DNA of 64,000 nucleotides from Octopus vulgaris. Taxonomy: Eukaryota. Position numbers and translations under genes: made by a program. Position 1 is the first letter of the stretch. Every line of letters begins with the position of its first letter. The notes beneath the pieces were generated by a model. That model worked only from the letters and a program-made list of their open reading frames with translations. It was not told the DNA's origin and searched no databases. Location: NCBI GenBank assembly GCA_951406725.2, contig OX597815.1, positions 113,770,001 through 113,834,000 of the forward strand, given 5' to 3'. Below, one piece after another: positions 40,857-54,649 of this stretch.

Positions 40857-43301
40857 GTAAATATGATGAAACAGTATTTAATTAATTTCCATTAGCCCAG
40901 TTAATGTTATTGCTATAAAGAAGTCCCCAAATGTTTGGTTTACTAGCTTATTATTTATGTTGATTTGACTTCCTCTCATTCTCCTTCACAATATTTGAAT
41001 TGACAGTAACACTGGTATTAATGGTTCAGTTGTGATGTACAAGATCTTTTACTCATGTATATCTTACATGCTGAAGTTGATAACTTAAGACCATTAATGG
41101 TTACTTGATCCTATTATAACCTTGACCTAAATCATGTTTTCTTCTCTTATATCATAGCTAAAGTAATGCTTTAGTATTAAAAGTGCTGCATCAGACCCTT
41201 CAAAAAATGTCATTTTATAACCATATTCATCACAGAGAAGCTATTATAATTAATTACTCCTTTCTGCACATGATAAATATGTAAAGCTTAGTGTATGGTG
41301 GGAAATTGAAAAGCTTCCTGAAAGCTTTAAGGCTTGCAGTGACATACAGAAAATGGACATTACTCAGCTTTAATTGGAATATTACAACTATCTTTTCTCA
41401 GTGGTGCTCTATTTGCATCACAAATCATTTGGATCTGATAATGTAATTGTGTTAATTTCATAGGCTTTATTTTATCGTATGTTTATATTTATGAGAACTG
41501 TTAAGAGTAGTGCTGCTATTCAAGGGTTCAAATGCTGTCACTGGTATAGGACTACAAATATTGCTCTATTTGTTTTTGTTGGAAACTTTAGGTATCATAT
41601 AAAGACTAGTATTAGGAGGAGCAGAAGGAAAATACTTGTTTCAGATGCAAATAATTTAATATAATCTGTTATGTCTGGGGAGAGTCATTTTCTTTTTGTG
41701 CCTTAATTTAATCTGGCCATTCAAATTGTTATAACTTGATATCCAATTATTGCTTATGTCTAACAGGGTGTTTAGAGTTGCTGAGGCAAATGAGAAGGGC
41801 TTCTTTTTTGTTCTAAAAAAAAAAGAGATAAAAAAATGTATGATTTGAATTATTACTTGTTACACATCCGCTTAAATTTTCTCTCAATTTGTGTTACTTT
41901 TGTTTAGTGATTCACTAGAATAGCTTTCAGTCTTTCTTACTCAATTTTATGTATGTTGCTATAATCTGTGTTAGTTTTGATAAAACATATATACTTATAT
42001 ATTAGTAGCATCCTCATACATATGATAGTAGAGGTAACTCCAGACTTTGGTGTGTATTTCATGTATTTTGGGGATAGTTTTAACAGTTGTATGTCCACCT
42101 CTTTTGCCAACAACCATACAGCATGGACTAGGTGCAATTTATCATTCAGCTATAAATAAAAACACACACACACACGTGTAGATACTTAGTTATTCCTGCA
42201 TTAAAGAAGTCCACTTAAATCTGTTCCCTTGTTCTCTTTTTAATATCAGCTCATGTAGATCAGTCTTTTTTTTTCATTTCATTAACATGTTTTTGAAGTT
42301 TTTAAAAAATATTCCTGCAAATCTGTACATTTGTACATAGGCACGGCCATGGTTGTATGATTAACTTTGCTTCCCAATTACCTGGTTTAAGATTTAGTTC
42401 CATTGTATGGCATCTTGGGCAAGTATCTTCTACCATAGCCCTATGAGTGGATTTCGTGGACAGAAACTCAAAGAAGCCCATCGTATATGCATATGTGTCT
42501 GTTGTACCTTGCCTTTATATCACATGATTGTTGTAATTGAATGTTATTCATTTCCAATATTCTGAGGAAACATGTTTGACCTGGGGCAAATATTACCTTG
42601 CTTGAAAACAGGCAATGGTTGGCAACAGGAAAGGCATCTGACTGTAGAAAATCTGCCTCAATTAACTCTGTTCAGTCTCTGCATGCAGAGAAAAGTTACA
42701 TTAAAATGATGATGAGGAAGATTATAACGTCATCGCTACTTTGTCTGCTTTTCCATGTTGCACGAGTCTTTTGTGCAACTTATGTTTAGCCTCTCTGTTT
42801 AACACTCTTTTAGTTGCTTCTTATGACACATAAGGGCATAGCGTTTGTGTTTCAAAACCAGGATATCATTTTTATTTATTTATTCCATCCTGTGTTACTC
42901 ATTTACTAAATATATATCATCAACTGAACTATTTCTAATAAGCAAATAGCCATCAGTAAGAGAGATGTACCCTATTGACTTTTATGGAAAGAAAGAATGT
43001 GAATTGTGATACCTTGTCTAAAATAACAGCAATGGAGGATTATTTAAAAAGCCAACCAACAAAAGAAATGAGATCACAGAACATGTTTTGCTGGTTTTTT
43101 AATTGCAACGCTAGAACTACACAACTGGTGAATAATAATGTCACTGCCTACAGGTTTCCAATGGGCCATTTGCCAGCTTACTGCATTTATGATGCTGAGA
43201 GTGACATGATGGTGTATATAACTCATTGCACAACAAATATTGCTGAGGACTTTGTTTAAAGAACACTGTTTTATGGTTTTAGTGCTTATGTTTACACCCT
43301 T

Positions 43302-43303
<2 letters not shown>

Positions 43304-43348
<45 letters not shown>
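43304..43348. repeat. (CT)n microsatellite
   Basis: Direct observation. Confidence 0.98.
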
Positions 43349-43349
<1 letters not shown>

Positions 43350-43350
<1 letters not shown>

Positions 43351-45560
43351 GTGAGTAAGTGGTGCATAGAACCAGGGACACAAGACAATTTGGAGAAGAA
43401 AGTAGTGAAAGCTGAAAGAGCCTTCAGTCAGATGTTGATTCATAGAATTGCTAGTTGATGCATTTTAATGAGAAGGAAGAGGAGATATTTACAACAAAGG
43501 AGACAACTGGGAGTTTCTGTGAGACAGCCTACTGCAAACTACAGACCATATCTGTGAATGGAACAAAGTTGCACCCAACTACAAAGGTGACATAGTGGTG
43601 GGATGGTATAATAGAGCCATAAAAGCTAATCTGCAAGCCTAGATAGAATAGAAGAAAATGGGGAGCAAGCAAAGAGCAAAATTAAATAGCCAGAACAGAA
43701 GTTGGGTATCAGGTATCTTTAACAAAGAAAGGAGCTTATTGTACAAGATAAAGCAATGTTCTGCAACATGAGAATCATAGGTATGGGCATTGTAGTTTGT
43801 AAAACAGTGTGCATGTGAAAATCAGGTTGTTATTGAAGACATTAGTTGAAAAGTGCATATGAAATTATTGCTGTGCACTCGCCCTAATTTATATTAAAGA
43901 GAAAGGGACATGGAAATGATATGACAAGAGATTGCTAAATAAGGAAAAAGAGGAATTGCTCCCAACTAGACCCAGCAGAGGGACCAGTTACTGAAGTTGA
44001 CAGGCTATGCTGTTAAAAGAGCCATTAACTCTTTCGTTACTGTATTTCCGTTGAGATGCTCTGTATTTCTTTCAATTACTTTAAATATAACAAAGAATTT
44101 AGTAAAATAACTGAGTTATCATTCAGCTAGTGTTAGGAACATAAATTGAGACTAAGATTTAGTGGAAGATTTTAATTCAAAACTTATGAAAAATACAAGA
44201 CATCTGTATTACAGAGCCAGCGGCAGTTTCAGCCGGGTTGGTAATGAAAGGGTTAAAGATAATGAAGGCAAAGAAAGTAGCTGGACCTATGGATAATCAA
44301 TAAGACACTGGAAATAGCTGGCAAAGTAGAATATGTGCTGGTCCCTTAGATACTCTGTTGGGTAGCATAGAGAGGTGCCATCTTTAAAAATTGACATAGC
44401 CATCAACTGCAACAAGATTAATTTATGTAAGTAGCATAGTAAGTTAGAAAGATAATTAATTTAAATGAGATGCAGTTCAGGTTTGTATCAGGGGGTTGTA
44501 CCACTAACACCCTCTACTTAGTGTAACAATTACAGAAAATGTTCTTAGCTAAGAACAAGCCATTCTGCCTCACATTCATTGACCTGGAGAAAGCCTTTCA
44601 CTGAGTTCCACACTCTGATGGTTTCTCAGAAAACTAGGTGTAGCTGGCTTGTGAAAACTGTGCAAGGCATGTATGGAATTGCTGCCAAAAACATGAGTAA
44701 GCAACAATTTCAATAAGGAGCCTGTAGAAGAGTAAGACAGAAAGAAATCACAAAGGCTGACTTTCACAATTATGATGTCAAAGAGCTGCAACAAGTTGTT
44801 AGTTGCTCTACTGGTGAAGGCATCCCCTCACCCCTACAATCTTAGAGCAACAGGTATAAAAGGATGAGAATATCTGCCTGTTTGTCTCCTGTATGGCATG
44901 CATATGCATGTGTGTGCACACAAGACAGGACTCTGCTACCACCAGGGAAATGGCTTCACTTGGTGTGCTGAAAAAGAATGGATAGAAACTCCATAGCATG
45001 TACCCAGTGTAACCAATTGCTGACTGCCTGGGATCCTATGTAGCAGCAGAGGCAGAGGGACATTAACATAGTAACCTAAGTAAGAATGGGTTAGAAAAAG
45101 TTCAGGGTGCTACCACCTCTGTGACAAAGGGGAGGCAATAAATACTCTCAGAATGAAGGTTAGATTGTATGAAGTGCAGTGTACATGGTAGTGTGACATG
45201 GACCTTGAATGCAGGGGATTTGCAAAAAATTGAACGAAATGAAGTGAGAATGCTTTGCTAGATGAGTATTATTAATGTGAATGAGCAATGGAATACAAAT
45301 GAGCTGAGATAAACTGAGTAAAAGAGGATTCAGCTAGAGTATGCAAAAAAGAAGACTGCATATAGATGACAAATACTGCATAAAGATATGCTGAATATTC
45401 TAGGTGGACACTGCTTGTGGAAAGAAGAAAGCCTAGGACAGATGCTGAACCTCACAAAAGAAATGACAAGGGACTATAGCAGTTGATGGCATTGAGTTTG
45501 GGAGAAAACCTGCACTTTTGTGCAAGCATAGCCGAGACAACATTAAAACAGTTAGTGATG
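43350..45560 (+). mobile_element. Old degenerate RTE LINE remnant, interrupted by a TTAA MITE and other inserts
   Basis: 44470-44690 translates roughly as QFRFV..TT...QLQ..FLAKNKPF.LTFIDLEKAF.....LRKLGV. C-terminal RTE-like text follows at 45080-45540. Many stops and frameshifts. Confidence 0.7.
44029..44252 (+). mobile_element. TTAA MITE family 1, copy c, inserted in the RTE remnant
   Basis: TTAA at 44025-44028 and 44253-44256. Host text resumes as gccattaa|agataatgaaggc. Confidence 0.88.
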
Positions 45561-48500
45561 GTGGTTAGGATACTCTCACTGCACTCGTCCACTTCTCCCT
45601 CCTTTGTCTTTCAGTGACCTTCTTCCTGTAGCTTCTCTGTCACCCTAACACTACCTCATCTCCCTCTCTTTGCCTCATCAACCTCTACAATATCCTTACC
45701 TCTTGTTTACAAACCTTGTAGTGAATACATACATGTAGCTATTCCATTCTGTTGTCAATGTGCTGTAAAGGAGCCATTTTGTGGGAGTATATATAAGGTA
45801 TATTAAAAGAAAGATTATTTGAACCTCGAATTTTAACCAGAAAATTTCAATATTACAGCTTCTATATGGTAACTTGGCTTTAGAAATAGCAACCTTACTC
45901 CCTCAAATCACAGTCTGCTGCCTTAGAAAAGAACAAATATATTGAAGAGTGCAATCACAAGACATTATCTGAAATAATATGGGAGAGTCATAACTGGAAC
46001 TTCTTTGATTATAGGTCTGCTCAATTGGCTAATCTATGAATAGACAAGAACCAGAAATTTTCCTGTTGATGTACTTTTAAATGTTTTAGGTTTCTCCTTC
46101 TGAAAACCTTAGTTGACCATTCAATCAGTTATTCAATAGTATGTTCACATATACAACTTTAAAATTATTTTGATTTAATTATAAAGCCTGCTTAATCAAT
46201 TATTTAGGAGTTGTGTTGCTGCAGTGGGTTTATTCATTCATTTATTTAGTGATACTTTATTGAAGACATGATATGAATACTTCAGACAGACTTTAGCCAC
46301 AGAATAAAAATTCATATTCTGTACTTGTTCCATATACCTTGACATCATTCATTAACCCAGATGAAATTCTTCAGCTGATAGATTTGTTGTTTGGAATCTA
46401 TTTCTTTCTGTTTTGAGTTTTTGTTAATTTCTAGTCTGGTTATTGTAAATCATTTGGACCATTGTTATTAATGCTAATTTTGTATTGTTTACTAAGCTAT
46501 TGTTTGTATTGTTTGTTAGTAAACAGGAACACAGCCCAAACGAATTGTTTTTAAGTATCTTTTTATTTCCTTGTACTGAAAATAAAAATAAAACTAAAAG
46601 GAAAAGACATTATTCTTTCAGCATTTCATTTCATTACCACACCTATTTAGCATTTAAATTCTCTAAATCAATTTGTTATATCAAGCCTTAATGACATGGT
46701 AACTATGGTAGCAGCTAAAAAATATCTTTACTAAATCATACAGAAGATTGTATTCTTTTTCTTTCTCCTTTCATCATTTTTATGTATTGCACTGCAGAGG
46801 GTTAAAAGAAATGTTAAAATTTCAGAGATGTGTGTTGGTTTTCTTCAGTATTATGTAAATGGCATGCTACGCATCAAAAGAGGAAGTTTCTTTTTACGTA
46901 TTTTACAGCAAAATTAACATTTCTTTATTTAAGACATAAATGTTTTGATGCTTTGAAGGAATATTCTTCTTGTGTTAGAGAAGAATAAATATATAAAGAA
47001 AGGGAGTGTGTTGAAAAGAGAAATTTTACCCCATTGTTGATTTGAATTGAATCCAGTATTTTCAGATTAACATTTCTCACTTCTTAATAATAATAATAAT
47101 AATAATAAGAAAAAAATAATAATAGTTTCAAATTTTGGCACAAGGCCAGGAATTTTAGGAGAGGGTGCTAGTTGATTTCATCAACCCCAGTTCTTAACTG
47201 ATACTTATTTTATCGACCCTGAAAGGATGAGAGGCAAAGTTTACTACTACTAACAATAATAATAATAATAATAATTAATTCTGGTTTATTGGCCACAAGG
47301 GCTAACTAAAATCAAGAAAAACATGTAAGGACAAAGACAGGACGAAAAGTACAAAGGGTTTTGTCCGAAAGAAAGGTCCGTGTAAACATTCATAATGATA
47401 ATAATAATAATAATAATAATAATACCAACAACAACAACAATAATAATGCTTTCAAATTTTGGCATAAGGCCAACAATTTTGGAGAAGGGGATAAGTCGAT
47501 TACATCCAATGTTCAACTGATACTTATTTTATCGACCCCAAAAGGATGGAAGGTAAAGTCGACCTCAGTGATATTTGAATGAACTAATAATAACTAGCAG
47601 TACCTGTGGAAATTCCATGTTTGTTTTGTTTTTTTTAAATTGTACTATGGAATTGTATATTTTCTGAATCATTTGATTCTTGTGATGGTGTAAAAGTCCA
47701 CATAGATAGAATTGGAGGTGTAATCTCAGGAAACAATATCTCTGAAAGCTATATTCTTATGGCTTCTATTTTGTGAAATGTTCTCTATTATTTTTCATTT
47801 AACTGTGGAACATAATGAAAGCCATTATTATTCTGCTTCAGTACATTGGTAAAGTTTTAAGGAATCTTAATATGGATAATTAAAAAAATCTATAAAAACA
47901 CCATATCCTAAACCTTTTCATTCTTTCTCTTGTTAGCCAACACCTATTGTTGTCCATATTTTATAAACAAATATATTTTGATTGAGCAGACGATAATTAG
48001 TTGCACCAAAGAGCATGCATCAAGTGATAGTTGATATCAAAATTAAAAGACAAAAATAATATATCAAAAGCCTACACTTTTCACTGTTCAACCACTACTG
48101 CCACCTCTTTTAACCAATATCCCTATTGACTCCAGCACCACCACCACCACCATCATCATCACATCCTACTTATCTGTACCAAGGCTCAGTCCAAGTTATT
48201 TGCCAATCGAGATTGTTTTCACTTCTTTTCATTTCGACTATCTACCTGTTTGTCTATATATTTCTATCATGATGGGTTATGTATCTGCCTACTCTGACAA
48301 TATGGTTAAGCATTTAAACCTAATAATAATTTTAAAAAAGCATAAAATACTGCATAATGATGGTACCCTAGCATGAACACAGCCCTTGGACTAGAACACA
48401 CGAAAGAGTAACATCCACAACTATTTGCAAAGATTATTTCACATTAATTTAACTGTCTATCAATATGTCTAGCCATCCATCTTTCTCTCTTCTGTTGATG

Positions 48501-48699
48501 TATCTTACCTGTGGATAGATAGACAGATACATCAATGCCATATTGCCTTCAGTAAACACACTTTCTCTCTCTCTCAACTAACTATATAACACAATAGCAA
48601 TCCCTTTCCCCTGAGCCTAACACTCTTCTCTCTCTTTCTGTCTTTCACTTCTACCTTCAACTAACCACATGACAGCATCACACATTTCGACTTAGACAA

Positions 48700-49540
48700 T
48701 GGTTTCAAAGTTTGGTCCCAGGCCAGCAATTTTGAGGGGAAGGAGCAAGTTGATTACATTGACCTCTGTACTTGCCTGGTTGTTATTTTATCAACCCACA
48801 AAGTAATTATAATATTAATTGTAATAATTCTTTGTAATTTTTGCACAAAGTCCACAATTTTAGGAAGATGGGATTAGTTAATTATATTGGCTCAAGTGTT
48901 CAATTGATACTTATTTTATCAATCCTGAAAAGATAAAAGACAAGTTAATCCTGGTATTCTTAGAACATTAAAAGCCATAAAAATTTCTGCTTATTTTGTA
49001 TGGCACATTGACGATTCTGTGGACTCAACTGCTTTAATAATAATAACAATAATAATGGTGATAATAATCCTTTCTACTATAGGTACAAGGCCTGAAATTC
49101 TTTAGGAGGGCTAATTATTAACATTGACCCCCAGTGCTCAAGAGGTACTTATTTCATTGACCCTGAAAGAATGAAAGATGAAGTCAACCTAGGCAGCATT
49201 TGAACTGGGACATAAAGACGGACAAGATGTTTAGTATTTTGTCCAGCATGCTAACAGTTCTGCAACTTGCCACCTTAATGATAATAATAATAATAATATT
49301 GGTTTCACATTTTGGCACAAGGCCAGTAATCTTGGGGGAGGAGTAAGTCAATTACATCAACCCTAGTGTTCAACTGGTACTTATTTTATCAACCTCAGAA
49401 GGATGAAAGGTAAAGTCGACCTTGGCAGAATTTGAACTCAGAACATAAGGACAGACAAAATACTACGAAGCGTTCTGCGCAGTGTAGTAATGATTCTGCA
49501 AGTTCTCCACCTTCCAATGATGATAATAATAATAATATTA
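48700..49540 (-). mobile_element. Head-to-tail array of about four family-A SINEs separated by (AAT)n
   Basis: Repeated ggcacaaggccag...tacttattttatcaacc...aagtcgacc...ttgaactc units on the same strand. Confidence 0.8.
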
Positions 49541-50206
49541 CTTTTTACATCATCTCAGCATTGATTGATGATGTAAAGCAAACATTTATGAAAGAACTCT
49601 ACTTAATCACTAATCCTTTTGTTTATTCAAATTGACTAACCAAAGTAACGACATTTTGCTTTGTTTCTGTTGCTGCTTTGATTTTGTGGAAAAAAAAAGC
49701 CCCAATAATTTAAACATGTTTTCTAAAAAAAAAGTTGCATTTGCCAAATTGGCAGCATGTTTGTATCCTGTTATATCACTTTGAGTTAAAACATATAACT
49801 TCAAATTGGTTCTTCTTGGCTGTCAGTTGTCAATTTAATCTGCTGATCAACAATTTTGTGTTGGAATCAAAAACTTTGCCTACTTCCGTATAAGGAAAAA
49901 CAACTCCTACGTTTATTTATTATAAGTGCTACAATCACCCAAACACAATATATTTGCTGTTGTACCATACAAATTTATACATATTAACTTGTCTTGCTGT
50001 GTGGAAAATGTAATTTATGGTATGTCTTCTGGCTCTTTATGCTCTAGGTTCAGTTCCTACTGAGGTCAACATTGTCTTTCATTTTCTCAGAGTCACAAAA
50101 ATAAAGTCAATTCCAAGGATTGATGATATCAACTAACCCCTCCAACCAAAATTGTTGGCCTTGTACCTAAATTAGAAACAATTATTTTTGAGCACTTTGA
50201 ACTTAA

Positions 50207-50418
50207 CCCTTTCACGTTCAGTTTACTCTATTAAATGTAATGCTTACTTACTCATATTGCTTTGTATTAATTATGCACTATCTCACAGTTATGACGTTTC
50301 AGTGATGTGATTGTTTACTTGTAGAATGACACTGTAGGGTTGGTGTGACAGGCTACACATAGCCAGTTTGAATGTCAAGACAGGTAGAATATTTGGGCTG
50401 AGTATGGATGCTAAATGA
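50207..50418 (-). mobile_element. TTAA MITE family 2, copy b (inverted)
   Basis: TTAA flanks; the internal sequence is the reverse complement of 23899-24110. Confidence 0.7.
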
Positions 50419-51767
50419 TTAAATGATTTCTTGAAATGTTTCTCCACCACTGACTCCTGTTTTGACTGGAATTATTTGGCGAGAATTGTATTTTCTTTAT
50501 AAAACCAAATATTACAGCTAGTGGCCCATCACCACCATTACTATCATTCTGACTATCAGTTTAACATTCTTTTTTTGTTTTTGTTTTTAAAAATTTTTTT
50601 ATGCTGATATAAATTAAAACTTTTGTGATACTGCACATTTGCATGTATCTTACTTTTGGCTCACATAACACATGTGATCAGACATTTCAAAATGAAATAA
50701 ATACAGACTAGAGGACTCTTCAGTTTGTGACAGTAAACACACTGGTCTTCTATCACATTAGAGTATTTTTATAATTACAATAAAACCAATTGTAAAATGT
50801 TTTGCTAAACTCATATAAAACTATGAAGAATTAATAACAATAGCAATTTAGCAGCAAATAGCTTGGTTTTATTTTTTGGCATTATTGAAAGGGTGGAGTT
50901 GTTTAAAATGATTTAAGGGAGAAAAATTTCAGTCACATTATCAAATACAAAATAAATATATGAATAAAATGACTAGCAAAAAAAATATTTTGCAACTAGA
51001 TGATTCACAGTTTTTATTCTGGCTTTTAACCAGGTAAAGAAATAGAACATTATTTCCTTTCTTCGTATTCTAGGATAATTATTGTTAAGTTTTATTAAAA
51101 TTTGGATGGAAAAAATTTTTTATGTTGGCTCGGAATTCAAACACATCAGCTTAATATTGAGTAATCATTGAATCAAATATTAAATACTAATATCATGTAA
51201 TAGACGATGTCTACAGTATATTTATCAAAGGAACTGAAATGGAAAGTTTAATTCATTTCTGCAATTTATACTATAATCTGCTGTCCCATGTTATTAGTAC
51301 TATGTGCAATGTTTTACAACCTTGTTCATATGTCTTTAGTCTAAGATTGTTATATTGCATACAAACAATATAATTAGTTATCTGCCTTTGCCATGCCAAC
51401 TTAGAGCAGACAATCTGTAATATATCATATCTCCAGTTTTGTCATTTGTTTTTGTCAATTCATTTTTTATGGTCTCAGCAACCCTGAATAACCACTTTAC
51501 ACATATTATAGTATAGTATAGTATATATTATTCATTTCTCACTCATGCCAGCATGGAAGGTGGACGTTAAACAATGATGGTGATGAATATTACATAATCA
51601 TTTGTTTTTACTTGGTTCCAAACAGTGACTGGAGCTTATTCAATTCATTCACACTCCATTAAAGTTTTAATTGTATTCAACACATTGATCATTTCATTTT
51701 AAACTCCTTGATCTTCAGCTGTTGGGAATATTCCCCTGGTAGATCACATTACCATACATCATCAGAC

Positions 51768-51799
<32 letters not shown>

Positions 51800-51905
51800 T
51801 ATATCATGCAATTTAGGTGGTGGATTGGGAGAATTATTTGAGCATCAAATAAAATGCCTGCAGAATTTTGATAAGGCATTTTACATTTTGAGTTTGCCTT
51901 TCAAC

Positions 51906-52347
51906 CAGTGTTGGATTAACCATTAAGCAAAATAAGCATGTACTTAGGGCATCAAGGGAAAGTGGGGCACCACAGAAATGGTAAATGGTTTACAGTACAA
52001 AAGAAATCACTTTCGACTTGCTAAAATAATATTCAAAGTGGTTTATATGCTCAGAAATATAATTTCCATGTGTTCATGGTGTCATAGGGAGGATCTAAAA
52101 AATAAAAATAAAAAATTTTTTTTTAATCTTTGCAATAAAAAAAATAGAAAAATTTTCAAATATAAATAAAGAGGGAATATACAAAAATCAACATTATTTT
52201 CCATCTTGCTGTTAGTTTTGTTTCTTTTTTAAAAATAAAAAAATTATCTTATGATTTATTATTGTTTCTATTGTGAATTACATATATATGGGGACAGCAA
52301 AATTTGTTAAGTACTTAGGGGCCTCTATGGGTCTTAATGTGGTCCTG
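51906..52347. mobile_element. hAT (Tip100-like) MITE inserted in a SINE
   Basis: Ends CAGTGTTGGATTAA / TTAATGTGGTCCTG; TSD ctttcaac / ttttcaac. The SINE core continues on either side. Confidence 0.7.
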
Positions 52348-54628
52348 TTTTCAACTCTTTTGGAGCTAATATAGCATTTAAGTACCAGAGTCAGTTTTCT
52401 GTTCCTATGAACCATCCTAGACATGAATAGAATTATAATAAAAGAAAATTAAGAATAAATTTCATGTGACATTAGTTTATTTTGAGTCACTCACCAATAC
52501 ACTCCATTCTCTGCATCACAGATGTGTCTTCCATAAATTTTTTACATTCTCCTGCTTTGCCTATTTAAATATATACATGTTAATTTTATCAATAAACTCA
52601 GTCTAATTCTACATACTATTGTTTACTTGTAACTATCTCAAGCTTGCTTTCAGATCTTATAAATTTTAAGTATACTTGTACTGTATTGTAGAAAGTACTC
52701 TCTCTCTCAGACACACACACGCACGCACACACACACACACACATCTGCAAGGAAATGTAAAAAAAAGAAACTCAACTACCAATGTATTGAAATACTAGCC
52801 TGTTTTATTTCAGATGTGCTCTACAAAGAAAATATTTTTTTCTTTTCTTTTTTCTTTTCTTTTTTTTTTTTGTTATTTCTTTATTTTCCTTTTAAATGTA
52901 TTATCAGACAGGAGAGTATCTTTGAGTGAATTTATTCCATTTACCAAGGTAGGTTATTAACTGACTAATCACTATACTAGTTGTAGATGAGCACCTGTCT
53001 CACTTGTTAGTTGAAGTTTATGTATGGTTCCACTGACTGTTGCTGGAAGTGTAACAGTTCGGCTTTACACTTGAAATCAAAGTAGTTTAATATTGACAAG
53101 CACCATAATGTTTTCATTTTGTTGTTTAGACCAGGCACTGATTATTTCTCCCATTTGATAGTTTATAGTTGACTAGATATTAAGGACTGGACTCAAAAAT
53201 TGGAAAGGTTATCTTGGTCAGGAAGTGGAGAAAAATATTAACTGTGAGATTAGTTAACTTGGTGTTATTATTACTGTTTTGCTTTAGCTTAAAAACAGCC
53301 AGGTGATATTTTCCAGGACTGAAGCAACATTACTAATGAAAGACTGAACGTATTTGCTGAAACAGTTTGTACACGTGGTTAGAAAGATATTGGAGTTAGG
53401 TGTGTCACTTCAGGTGAAGTTAGTTGTGAAATTATGAATTGTAAAATAGAAGTCTCCAGAAAAAAAAAAAAGTTCACGAAAATATTTTTACTAATTCAAC
53501 AAATAATTTTTCAAAACTTTCACCCTGTAGTCTCATAAAGAAGTTACCACATACTATATATTCCAAAAACAAATTAGTTCACATTCTCTCAAAAAAGAAA
53601 AAAAGATTATATAATTCTTATAGTGTTAACACACACACACATGCATGTGTGTGTGTTAATGGTAGATTTGGTCTGAATTGCTCAGTACTAAATTGGCTTT
53701 TATTCTATGAAAAGCCTTTTCTCTTTGAAATCATTTTGAGATTATATTATAGATAGTGAAGGCTCCATATTTGATGGTCTACAGGATTTAGTTTTATATC
53801 GTGCAGTTCTGAGTTCAAATTGTTATGGTTCATCTCTCTATGGAGGTTTATAAAATAACTACAGGGAGTTTAATCTCTGATCCCTTAAAAGTCCTTTCCA
53901 AGAACTCTGTTATGAAAAAATAATTTCTGGAAAAGACAGCCATAGTTATTTGATGTGCTTTTAGAAACTTGATGAATTATTTACCGATGTCGTGCTAATG
54001 CACTGTATTTATTTACATGTTATGAATTTTCCAGCTGATTGCCTGTTAGGATTAAATTGTAGTCATTGATTAAATAAGCAGATGAAAGAAAGGCTGGTCA
54101 CAGCTTACATTTTCAAGATTAGAGTGCTGCTTGTTAAGCAATTAACAAAGAGGAATTGTTGGGTAGATAACACAAAGTAGGATTCCTTAGATAATAGGTC
54201 ATAATGTTAAGGAAGCTGCATTATGTCATGAAAATTAGAATTAATAAACAAAGCACATATTCAATTGATTGCACTTAAGAATTGAGAGACTCACAATTTA
54301 GCATTTATTCTAGACTATTAAAGAATTAGCTTAAGTTATATTTTAGTTAAGGCTGAGAGGGACAAATCAATCAATTTTAACTTATAACTACAAATTAATA
54401 ATTATTGGAGGTGGGGCTACCTGAGTACTGTGTCGTCTACATGGTGTTTGTAGATTAGAATGTATTGCACATCAAACTGTTGTGTTGTATTGTGTTTTGT
54501 AGTTGTTGAGACTGATGACACTTTACCTTAAAATGTTCAAATTGCAACCACAAGTATGTTAAACTATATATTTGCATTCAGATAAAGCTTGATTGAATAA
54601 CTGAAGTAGATATTGAGCTTAGAAGAGG

Positions 54629-54649
54629 ATGGCGAGTCTTCAGTTGCAG
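54629..54649 (+). CDS. Candidate alternative first coding exon MASLQLQ (splices in frame to PKLYTK)
   Basis: Strong Kozak context aggATGG after in-frame TAG (54620), 7 codons, then CAG|GTGATA in phase 0. Lies in a TE-poor block. Confidence 0.3.

Noticed and set aside
48700-49540. CRISPR-like or regularly spaced repeat array
   Set aside because: The units are ~200-bp diverged SINEs with simple-repeat spacers. The context is eukaryotic and there are no cas genes.
53626-53659. Small (CA)n-ATGCAT-(TG)n hairpin
   Set aside because: A simple microsatellite juxtaposition, too short for a pre-miRNA.
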